A stretch of DNA of 64,000 nucleotides, from contig OY970324.1 of NCBI GenBank assembly GCA_963717005.1, positions 4,241,937-4,305,936 of the forward strand, given 5' to 3'. Of this stretch, positions 37,524-45,167 are shown piece after piece. The notes below the pieces were generated by a model that saw only the letters and a program-made list of their open reading frames with translations, did no database searches and was not told where the DNA came from. Position numbers and translations under genes: made by a program. Each line of letters begins with the position of its first letter. Positions within the stretch are counted from its first letter, which is position 1. Origin of the DNA: an uncultured delta proteobacterium. GTDB lineage: Bacteria; Desulfobacterota; Binatia; Binatales; Binataceae.

Positions 37524-38413
37524 TGGCCACCACGGAACCGGTCGATCCGGCGGTGGACGAGAGCGCGCCGGAATTTTACGACGAGCCCTGGGTTACGCCG
37601 CCGTTCCAGCCCCTGCGCGCGATCTGCGCTCTCATCCTGATCGCAAGCGGCTTCGGACTCTACGAATACGTGCTGGTCTCGTTCTGGTCGGTGCCGTGGA
37701 TGGGTATTCACGCGCGAATTCCGTGGCCCGCGTTCGCGATCCTCGCGGCCGCGATTGTGCTCTCGATCGCCGGACTGCGACTCGCGCTGGGGCTCGCTTC
37801 GCCGCACGGCAAACTCGGATTCGGCCTCTTCGCGTTCCTGGCATGCATCGTCGTCGGAGCGGGCGGCGGCCGCTTCGTCAGTTATGCGATGCGCGCGACG
37901 CTCAATCCGCCGTTCACGCTCAAGCTCGCGGTCGGACAACAATTCCCCAGCTTCGCGCTCACCGATCAAAACGACTCGATTCATCGCGGCCCGCTGCCGG
38001 CCGACGCGGCCGCCACGGTGATTTATGTCTATCGCGGCGACTACGATCCGTTCGCACGATTCGAGCTGGCCGAATTAACCGCGCACGCCGATGATTTTCG
38101 CCGCGCGGGCGTCGATACTCTTGCCATCAGCACCGATCAGATCGAGCGATCGAAGATGCTCGCGGGATTTCTGCGCACGAAAATCCCGCTGCTCAGCGAC
38201 CATAGCGAATCGCTCATGGCGGCGCTCGGTCTCGTGCAACATCATCGCAACGGCGAGCCGGACAACGCGATTCCCGCTTTTTTTGTGATCGATCGGAGCG
38301 GCGTCGTGCGATGGATCTTCACCTCGCCCTACTATCGTGAGTTGCCGCGCGCCGAAACTCTTCTCGACGCCGCGAAGTCAGTCATTTCAACGCCGACAGC
38401 ATCGCCGCGGTAG
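37523..38413 (+). CDS. Membrane-anchored redoxin-fold (AhpC/TSA-like) protein lacking the peroxidatic Cys
   Basis: 4 N-terminal TM segments, then FPSFALTDQNDS..VIYVYRGDYDPFARFEL in place of the T-x-x-C motif. 1-nt overlap with the upstream gene. Confidence 0.55.
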   Translation: MATTEPVDPAVDESAPEFYDEPWVTPPFQPLRAICALILIASGFGLYEYVLVSFWSVPWMGIHARIPWPAFAILAAAIVLSIAGLRLALGLASPHGKLGFGLFAFLACIVVGAGGGRFVSYAMRATLNPPFTLKLAVGQQFPSFALTDQNDSIHRGPLPADAAATVIYVYRGDYDPFARFELAELTAHADDFRRAGVDTLAISTDQIERSKMLAGFLRTKIPLLSDHSESLMAALGLVQHHRNGEPDNAIPAFFVIDRSGVVRWIFTSPYYRELPRAETLLDAAKSVISTPTASPR

Positions 38414-39038
38414 CCATCGCCGGCGAGTCGGCGCCGAATATCGCGCCGATCGATGCAACCCGCGCCGGTCGCGTCATGGGATCGGCCGATGCGACCAAAT
38501 CGCGCGCGCGTTCCGGCGTGATACCGCCGAGCGCGAAGACCGGAATCGCGCCTGCGCCGCACGCCGCCTTAAGCCCGCTCGCACCCCACGCGGGACCCGT
38601 CGCAGGTTTGGACAACGGATCGAAGACCGGACCGAAGACCGCGAAGTCGGCGCCCTCGCGCGCGGCGCCGGCAACGTCAGGCGGCGAGTGACTCGAGACT
38701 CCAATCAGCCGCTCGGCGCCGAGCAGCTTGCGCGCCATGCTGACGCCGATCGAGTCGAACGGCAGATGAATCCCATCGGCGTGCGCGGCGATTGCGATAT
38801 CGACGCGATCGTTAACTACGAGCGGCGCGCCGGCGCGCGTGCAAATCTCACGAAGCCGCAGCGCCAGCTGATAAAGATCGCGCGCTGGTAAATCTTTCTC
38901 GCGGAGTTGCAACGCGACTGCGCCGCGCGGCGCAGCTACCAGCGCGGCTTCGCAGGCCGCGATCAGATCGCCGCCCTTCACGACGTGTCGATCGGTAATC
39001 AGGTAGAGCCGAAAGCTGACGCGTGGACGCGACGACAA
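38382..39038 (-). CDS. thiE: Thiamine-phosphate synthase
   Basis: LYLITDR..., 219 aa. Only TTG is available as a start in frame after the thiG stop. The longer ORF in the track is a read-through artefact. Confidence 0.8.
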   Translation of the reverse strand: MSSRPRVSFRLYLITDRHVVKGGDLIAACEAALVAAPRGAVALQLREKDLPARDLYQLALRLREICTRAGAPLVVNDRVDIAIAAHADGIHLPFDSIGVSMARKLLGAERLIGVSSHSPPDVAGAAREGADFAVFGPVFDPLSKPATGPAWGASGLKAACGAGAIPVFALGGITPERARDLVASADPMTRPARVASIGAIFGADSPAMATAAMLSALK

Positions 39039-39046
39039 AGGGCGCC

Positions 39047-39823
39047 CTACTTTATCAAGCCCATCAGCGGACTCGACGCGGTCGCATACAGCTTGCGCTC
39101 GATTCGCCCCGCGCGATATGCGAGCCGGCCCGCTTCGACCGCGAGCTTCATCGCCCGCGCCATCGCAATCGGATCTTTCGCGCCGGCAATCGCGGTGTTC
39201 ATCAGCACCCCGTCGCATCCGAGTTCCATCGCCTCGGCAGCATCGGACGCCGTGCCCACGCCCGCATCGACGATCACCGGCACCTTGGCCTGCTCGATAA
39301 TGATCGCGAGGTTGAATGGATTGCGAATTCCCAACCCCGATCCAATCGGCGCCGCCAGCGGCATCACGGCGACGCATCCGATTTCCTGCAGCCGCAGACA
39401 AGTCACCGGATCGTCGGTGACGTACGGCATCACCTTGAATCCTTCCTTGACCAGCACGCGCGCCGCTTCGAGCGTCGCGGCGACATCGGGAAAGAGCGTC
39501 TGCTTGTCGCCGATAACCTCGAGCTTCACGAGCTCGCCGACGCCAACCTCGCGCGCGAGACGGCAGGTGCGAATCGCCTCCTCGGCGGTGAAGCATCCGG
39601 CGGTGTTCGGCAAAATCTGGTAGCGCTTGGGATCGAGGTAGTCGAGCAGGTTTTCCTTGCCGCGATCCGTGATGTTCACGCGCCGCACCGCGACGGTCAC
39701 GATTTCGGCGCCGCTCTCTTCGACCGCCGCCCTGGTCTCGGCAAAATCGCGATACTTGCCGGTCCCGACAATCAGCCGCGACTTGTATTTTCTGCCGCCC
39801 AATTCAAATTGCGTATCTTGCAT
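39047..39823 (-). CDS. thiG: Thiazole synthase
   Basis: [10 protein letters not shown]...KLEVIGD...VMPL (ThiG TIM barrel). Confidence 0.9.
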   Translation of the reverse strand: MQDTQFELGGRKYKSRLIVGTGKYRDFAETRAAVEESGAEIVTVAVRRVNITDRGKENLLDYLDPKRYQILPNTAGCFTAEEAIRTCRLAREVGVGELVKLEVIGDKQTLFPDVAATLEAARVLVKEGFKVMPYVTDDPVTCLRLQEIGCVAVMPLAAPIGSGLGIRNPFNLAIIIEQAKVPVIVDAGVGTASDAAEAMELGCDGVLMNTAIAGAKDPIAMARAMKLAVEAGRLAYRAGRIERKLYATASSPLMGLIK

Positions 39824-39831
39824 ATTTTTCT

Positions 39832-39874
39832 CTTCCCCTCTCCCTGCGAGGGAGAGGATCGAAGGTGAGGGTCC
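39832..39874 (-). repeat. REP-like palindromic element, family 2, copy d (CCCCTCTCCCtgcgAGGGAGAGG + GAAGGTGAGGGTCC), between thiG and thiS
   Basis: Related to 5625-5663. Confidence 0.55.
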
Positions 39875-39928
39875 GTTTTCAGCGCGCATTTTTTCGCGCG
39901 CGATTCAAGATTCTGTTTCTTCAAAAAA

Positions 39929-40147
39929 CTAGCCGCCGCCGACGAAGTTGATTATCTCGACCTGATCGCCCGCTCTCACAACCGTCGCGTCGTAGTTGGC
40001 CTTCGGCACGATGGCGCGATTGATCTCGACCGCCACGCGTCCGCGCCGCATCTTCAAGCGCTCGAGCAGCGCCGTCAGCGGCGTGTCCGCGCTGAGCGGA
40101 TACGGCTCGCCGTTGAGGGTGATCGAAGTTGCGCTTGAGTCCGGCAT
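39929..40147 (-). CDS. thiS: Sulfur carrier protein ThiS
   Basis: 72 aa ending in GG. Ubiquitin-like. Confidence 0.85.
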   Translation of the reverse strand: MPDSSATSITLNGEPYPLSADTPLTALLERLKMRRGRVAVEINRAIVPKANYDATVVRAGDQVEIINFVGGG

Positions 40148-40149
40148 TA

Positions 40150-40295
40150 TTGAGCCGCTTCTCCGGTGAGGGGAAGCGGCCCAGGCGCATTCGTGAACGA
40201 TGCGCCACTGGCTTCCCTACGCCGGCATTACCCGGATCAGGTTCGAGGGGTTCTCCCGCAGGAGCTCTCAGTGCGCTACGGCACACCCCCAGCCT
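40150..40295 (-). ncRNA. TPP (THI-box) riboswitch in the thiSGE leader
   Basis: The minus strand reads ...GGGGTGTGCCGTAGCGCACTGAGAGCTCCTGCGGGAGAACCCCTCGAACCTGATCCGGGTAATGCCGGCGTAGGGAAGCC.... This matches the THI element (CUGAGA, ACCUGAUC.GGUAAUGCC.GCGUAGGGAA). Two hairpins follow, GGCGCAT...ATGCGCC and GCCGCTTC..GAAGCGGC, the second next to the thiS RBS. Confidence 0.8.
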
Positions 40296-40451
40296 GTTGC
40301 GACTATACGACTCGCGCGGCGATCTGTCAAAAATGATGACGCTACAATCCCCTCCGATTGGCGCGCGGACCGGCGATTGTGGCCGGTTCGATCGAGCCCG
40401 CTTCACTGTGCTAATGCGAAACTCGAGGCTCAGGAAACGCGGGGAGACGCC

Positions 40452-41219
40452 ATGCCAGCTGCATCGGAAATCGTGGACCAACTCATCGACGGACCGGGAT
40501 TCGTGCTGATTCCGCGTTTGATGGATGCGTCCGAAGCGGCGCGGGCGCGTTCGAGCGCATTGGAAATAGCCGCCTCGCCTTCCGCGCTGACGCCCGGCAG
40601 ACGCAATGAAAACAACGGCCAACAGCATATTCGCGGGCTGCTCGGGCACGGCGAGATTTTCGAGCCTCTCGTGCAGCATCCTGCGGTGATCGAAATCGCC
40701 GGGGCGATGCTGGGCGACGATATGACCCTCGGCGCGTACTCCGCGCGGATTCTGTATCCGGGTGCCATCGAGATGGGAGTGCACATCGATTATCCGTACT
40801 GGGCGATGCGCGGACCGTTCACGCTGCGGCCGCCGCTCATGCTGCAAGTAATCTGGATGCTGCAGGATTTTACGGAACAGAACGGCGCAACGCTGGTGGC
40901 GCCGCGCAGCCAATTGCGATGTGCGCGGCCGAATCGCGCGGATTTCGCACGCGAGGCGATCAAGATTACCGGCGCGGCCGGCGACGCGATCATTTCACAC
41001 GGGCTGCTGTGGCATGACACGTCGCAAAATCACACCGATGAACCGCGCGTATCCCTGCTGATCAACTATGGCCTGAAGGTGATTCGGCCGCTCGATTCCG
41101 ACCTCGCGAAAGTTCCGACCGCGGTGCTGGAACGCGCGACCCCGAAACTGCGCCAGCTGCTCGGGCTCGAATTCGCCAATTCACTGTCGCGCGATCTGGC
41201 GCGCGGCGGGCTCTACTAA
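40452..41219 (+). CDS. Phytanoyl-CoA dioxygenase (PhyH) family Fe(II)/2-oxoglutarate oxygenase
   Basis: His/Asp...His region (GVHIDYPYW ... HDTSQNHT) in a double-stranded beta-helix context. The ORF-track N-terminal extension overlaps the TPP riboswitch and is an artefact. Confidence 0.7.
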   Translation: MPAASEIVDQLIDGPGFVLIPRLMDASEAARARSSALEIAASPSALTPGRRNENNGQQHIRGLLGHGEIFEPLVQHPAVIEIAGAMLGDDMTLGAYSARILYPGAIEMGVHIDYPYWAMRGPFTLRPPLMLQVIWMLQDFTEQNGATLVAPRSQLRCARPNRADFAREAIKITGAAGDAIISHGLLWHDTSQNHTDEPRVSLLINYGLKVIRPLDSDLAKVPTAVLERATPKLRQLLGLEFANSLSRDLARGGLY

Positions 41220-41222
41220 AAA

Positions 41223-42506
41223 ATGACGAATTCACGCGACAACTCAGGCGACAATGATATCTCCACTGCGCTGGCAGCGCTCGCGAAGGAGCGCGGATGG
41301 CCGCCCGATCTGACGCGGCGGATTGCTGAGCTGCGAGTGCCGCTCTCGTCGCTCTATTCGTGGAGCTGGTATGGGCTTTCGCCGGAGCAGACTGCGGCAC
41401 AACTCGGATGGTACGAGCGGATGACTACCGGCGATTTGCGCGCGCGCGATGCAACTTATGCCGACAACGAAGAATTTTCGGCGATGTGGTCCGATTCGCC
41501 CGAGGAGATCGCCGGATGGGAAATTATTGTCGAGCGCGGGCCCGACGCGTTCGCGCAATTCAAGCTGCAGCAGAATGTTCAAATCCCGATCCTGCTGCTG
41601 GGCCCGGAGATCGTGGCGTGCTGTGCGTTTTCGCGGCGCAAGGTGATAATCGATGGGCGCCCCTTCTCGGTGCAATACGGACAGGCGCTGCGAGTGAGGC
41701 GCGCCTATCGCCGGCTCGGCTACGGAGACCAGGTGCGGCGGCTCGCGCTGCCGCCGGGCCTGGCGCGCCCGTCGGTCGGGCAGTATGACATCATGCGCTC
41801 GCAGAATTTTGCGGTGGTGAACTGGTGGCAGAAGTACAGCCCCCAATTTTTCGAGAACACACCCACGCGCGAAGGTTCGGTGCCGGGACTGCCGATTTCC
41901 GTTTCGCAATTTCCCGCCGACGCGCGAGCCGATGACGATCGCGCTATCCGACCGGTCCGCCGCGAGGATCTCGCCGCGTGCGCCGCGCTCATAAACCGCA
42001 CTCACGCCGGCATGGATCTGTTCCGCCCCTACAGCGCCGAGTTTCTCGAAGATGTGCTCGACGAAGGCTTCTGGGGTGATCGTCCGAAACCGACCGGCAA
42101 TCCCCAGATGGATTGGTGGAAGAGCGTTTACGGATGGACCGACTACTTCGTGCTCGAACAGGCGGGACGCATCCGCGCGTGCGGCGGCCTATGGGATCGC
42201 GGCCTCGATATGCGCGAGCAATGGCGGCGCATCGGCGGCGATGAGCATCGATCGATAGCGATCGCGTGCGTGCTGGATTTCGGCTACGACGACGGCGCCG
42301 AGGAATGCATGGCGCGCCTGCTGCGATGGATGATCGGACGCACGCACGAGCTGGGCCGCGACTACCTCGCGATTCCGATCGAGCATCTGCCGAAGGTGGT
42401 GGCGGCGATGGAGAAATCGCGGCCGGAACTCGACACCCGGGCCTTGCGATGGGGCCTCAAGGAACCACCGATCACGCGCCCCTACACCGACCTTCGTTAT
42501 TGGTAG
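41223..42506 (+). CDS. Hypothetical 427-aa protein with a GNAT-like segment
   Basis: QYGQALRVRRAYRRLGYGDQVRR resembles GNAT motif A. Otherwise unrecognised. It starts 4 nt after the PhyH stop. Confidence 0.45.
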   Translation: MTNSRDNSGDNDISTALAALAKERGWPPDLTRRIAELRVPLSSLYSWSWYGLSPEQTAAQLGWYERMTTGDLRARDATYADNEEFSAMWSDSPEEIAGWEIIVERGPDAFAQFKLQQNVQIPILLLGPEIVACCAFSRRKVIIDGRPFSVQYGQALRVRRAYRRLGYGDQVRRLALPPGLARPSVGQYDIMRSQNFAVVNWWQKYSPQFFENTPTREGSVPGLPISVSQFPADARADDDRAIRPVRREDLAACAALINRTHAGMDLFRPYSAEFLEDVLDEGFWGDRPKPTGNPQMDWWKSVYGWTDYFVLEQAGRIRACGGLWDRGLDMREQWRRIGGDEHRSIAIACVLDFGYDDGAEECMARLLRWMIGRTHELGRDYLAIPIEHLPKVVAAMEKSRPELDTRALRWGLKEPPITRPYTDLRYW

Positions 42507-42537
42507 CGGCGCGAACCGTTTTTTATCGATCGCCGTC

Positions 42538-43023
42538 ATGAGCACCACGCATACAGTTGTCGTCAACGGAACGTCGCACCGCGTGACCGTTGACCATTAC
42601 GAGACGCCCCTCCTGTACGTCCTGCGCGACGACCTCGGTCTCAAGGGAACGCGCTTCGGATGCGGCAACGGTAACTGCGGCGCGTGCGCTGTGCTGGTTG
42701 ACGGGCATGCGCAGCGCTCATGTGAATTGCCGCTGTGGTCGGTCGAGGGCAAATCGATCACGACTGTTGAAGGGCTCGGCACGCTCGAGCGGCCGCACCC
42801 GCTGCAGCGCGCATTAATCGAGTTTCAGGCTGGTCAGTGCGGCTACTGTCTCTCCGGAATCATAATGACGGCCGCGGAATTAATCGGGAGCGGCAGCGAG
42901 CCATCGCGCGAGAAAATCGTCGCTGCGCTCGACGCCAATCTTTGCCGCTGCGGCGCGCATACGAGAATCGTGAAGGCGATCGAAGCAGCGTGGAAGGCCT
43001 CGATCGCGGGAGCGGCGCGATGA
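42538..43023 (+). CDS. (2Fe-2S)-binding small subunit of a xanthine dehydrogenase-family molybdoenzyme (IorA/CoxS-like)
   Basis: CGNGNCGACAV and GQCGYCLSG cluster-binding motifs. Confidence 0.9.
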   Translation: MSTTHTVVVNGTSHRVTVDHYETPLLYVLRDDLGLKGTRFGCGNGNCGACAVLVDGHAQRSCELPLWSVEGKSITTVEGLGTLERPHPLQRALIEFQAGQCGYCLSGIIMTAAELIGSGSEPSREKIVAALDANLCRCGAHTRIVKAIEAAWKASIAGAAR

Positions 43024-45143
43024 CTCCGGCAAAGCTTCCGTGGAGCATCATGGAAAATCCGCTGCTCAGCCGGTGGGTCGATTTCAGCGAAGCGGGAATC
43101 GCGCGGGTCTTTTCAGCCAAGGTCGAAATCGGACAAGGCATCGTCACCGCCATCGCGCAAATCGCGTCGGCCGAACTGCGACTCTCGATGTCGAAGGTGG
43201 TCGTCGTTTCGGGCGATACGCGAACCTGTCCGAACGAAAGTTACACGGCCGGCAGCATGTCGATTGAAGTCGGCGGTACCTCCGTCAGGATGGCGTGTGC
43301 CGAGGCGCGCCTTGCGATCGTCGAGCAGGCCGCGCGCATCCTCAACGTCGATGAGTCGCGCATTGGCGCCGAGGGCGGGCTCGTTCTTTTCGATGGGACG
43401 CCGTCGGGGCTCGACTATTGGCAGGTCGCGCGCCAGGTTGATTGGCAGCGTCCAGTCACAGGAACCGCACCGTTTGCGGCGCCTACGAATTCAACCCCGC
43501 TCGGCAAAAGCGTCGCGCGTCTAGATCTTCCCGCGAAGGTCGCAGGCGCCGCATTCATCCACGACCTCGAACTGCCGGGGATGCTGCATGGGCGTGTGAT
43601 GCGGCCGCCTTCCAACGGCGCACGGTTGGAATCGCTCGACACCTCCGCGGCCGAGCGGATGCCCGGCGTCGTCAAGATCTGGCGCAGCGGCGACTTCGCC
43701 GGCGTCTGTTGCGATCGCGAGTACCAGGCGGTCAAGGCGATCGAAGCGATCCGCGCGGGCGCGCGATGGCTCGAGAGCGAAGTATCCGCCGGCACTCGAA
43801 GCTGGCGCGAGCTGCTGCCGACGCTTCGTTCGATCGATTCGGAAACTGAGACTGGCGAGCGCGCGGCGGGAGCGGTGGCGATACGGCGGTTGTCCGCGAC
43901 ATATTCGCGACCGCCGATTGCGCATGCTTCGATGGCGCCGTCGTGCGCGGTCGCCATTTATGATGACGGACGCCTGACGGTATGGACGCATTCGCAGGGC
44001 GTCTTCCCGCTGCGGGGTGCGCTGGCGAACGCGCTGGGTCTCGACCAATCGCTGGTCGTGGTGATTCACACGCAAGGCGCCGGAGTTTACGGGCACAACG
44101 CCGCCGACGACGTCGCGCTCGATGCCGCTCTGCTCGCGCGCCAGGTCGCGTCGCGTCCGGTGAGAATCCAGTGGAGCCGCGAGGACGAGCTCGCATGGTC
44201 GCCGCTGGGCTCGCCGATGGTGGTAAAGATCGAGAGCGGGTTGAGTCCGGCCGGCGACATCGCCGATTGGTCGAGCGAGATTTGGAGCGGACCGCATGGC
44301 CAGCGTCCGCGAGCGTATGGAGCGGTCAATCTGCTGGCAGCGGCGCACGTCGATCCGCCGATGCCGTCGCCCGAGGCGTACGAAGTTCTCTCGGGATTTG
44401 CCGGCGGCGCGCGCAATTCCGAGCCCTCTTATGACCTGCCGCATCGAAAGATCGTGCTGCACAGCCTTCCGGGCCTGCCGTTTCGCACCTCCGCACTTCG
44501 TACTCTGGGCGGCTATGCGAACGTCTTCGCCGCCGAATCCTTCGTGGACGAATTGGCCGAGGCCGCGGGAGCCGATCCGATCGAGTTCCGGCTGCGTCAC
44601 TTGTCGGACCCGCGTGCGCGCCGGGTAATCGAGACCGCGGCGCGGTTATCGCACTGGCATTTCAACGGCGAGCGCGGTAAAGGCCGCGGCGCGGGAATCG
44701 GGTTCGCGCGCTATAAGAACACGGCAGCTTATGTCGCAGTGATCGCGAACGTGGAAGTTGACCGGGAGGTGCGCGTTTCCAGCGTGGTCGGCGCCGTCGA
44801 TGCGGGGCTAGTGATTAATCCCGACGGAGTGACCAATCAAATCGAAGGCGGCATCGTGCAATCGATCAGCTGGACGCTCAAGGAACAGGTTATCTTCGAC
44901 GGGCGCCGCGTCACTACGCGGACGTGGGAAGACTATCCGATTCTGCGCTTCGCCGAAGTGCCGGAAGTCAAGATCGAACTGATCGACCGGTCTGACTGCC
45001 CGCCGCTGGGAGTCGGCGAGGCTGCTCAAGGTCCCGCCGCCGCAGCCGTCGCCAATGCGGTCGCGCGGGCACTCGATATTCGCATCCGGGATTTGCCGAT
45101 TACACGCGAACGGATCGTCGCGGCGAGCGCCGCGTCTTCGTGA
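43020..45143 (+). CDS. Molybdopterin-cytosine-dinucleotide-type large subunit of an aldehyde oxidase/xanthine dehydrogenase-family enzyme (IorB-like)
   Basis: 707 aa. ATGA overlap with the small subunit. No FAD medium subunit in the vicinity, suggesting a two-subunit IorAB-type enzyme. Confidence 0.85.
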   Translation: MTPAKLPWSIMENPLLSRWVDFSEAGIARVFSAKVEIGQGIVTAIAQIASAELRLSMSKVVVVSGDTRTCPNESYTAGSMSIEVGGTSVRMACAEARLAIVEQAARILNVDESRIGAEGGLVLFDGTPSGLDYWQVARQVDWQRPVTGTAPFAAPTNSTPLGKSVARLDLPAKVAGAAFIHDLELPGMLHGRVMRPPSNGARLESLDTSAAERMPGVVKIWRSGDFAGVCCDREYQAVKAIEAIRAGARWLESEVSAGTRSWRELLPTLRSIDSETETGERAAGAVAIRRLSATYSRPPIAHASMAPSCAVAIYDDGRLTVWTHSQGVFPLRGALANALGLDQSLVVVIHTQGAGVYGHNAADDVALDAALLARQVASRPVRIQWSREDELAWSPLGSPMVVKIESGLSPAGDIADWSSEIWSGPHGQRPRAYGAVNLLAAAHVDPPMPSPEAYEVLSGFAGGARNSEPSYDLPHRKIVLHSLPGLPFRTSALRTLGGYANVFAAESFVDELAEAAGADPIEFRLRHLSDPRARRVIETAARLSHWHFNGERGKGRGAGIGFARYKNTAAYVAVIANVEVDREVRVSSVVGAVDAGLVINPDGVTNQIEGGIVQSISWTLKEQVIFDGRRVTTRTWEDYPILRFAEVPEVKIELIDRSDCPPLGVGEAAQGPAAAAVANAVARALDIRIRDLPITRERIVAASAASS

Positions 45144-45167
45144 AGCGGCATCGGCTGGTCGTTCTGA

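Noticed and set aside
39039-39596. N-terminal 190-aa extension of the thiE ORF
   Set aside because: It runs antisense through thiG and is Arg-rich with no homology. thiE homology begins right after the thiG stop.
40200-40451. N-terminal extension of the PhyH ORF
   Set aside because: It overlaps the TPP riboswitch on the opposite strand. A good ATG lies at 40452, where the homology begins.
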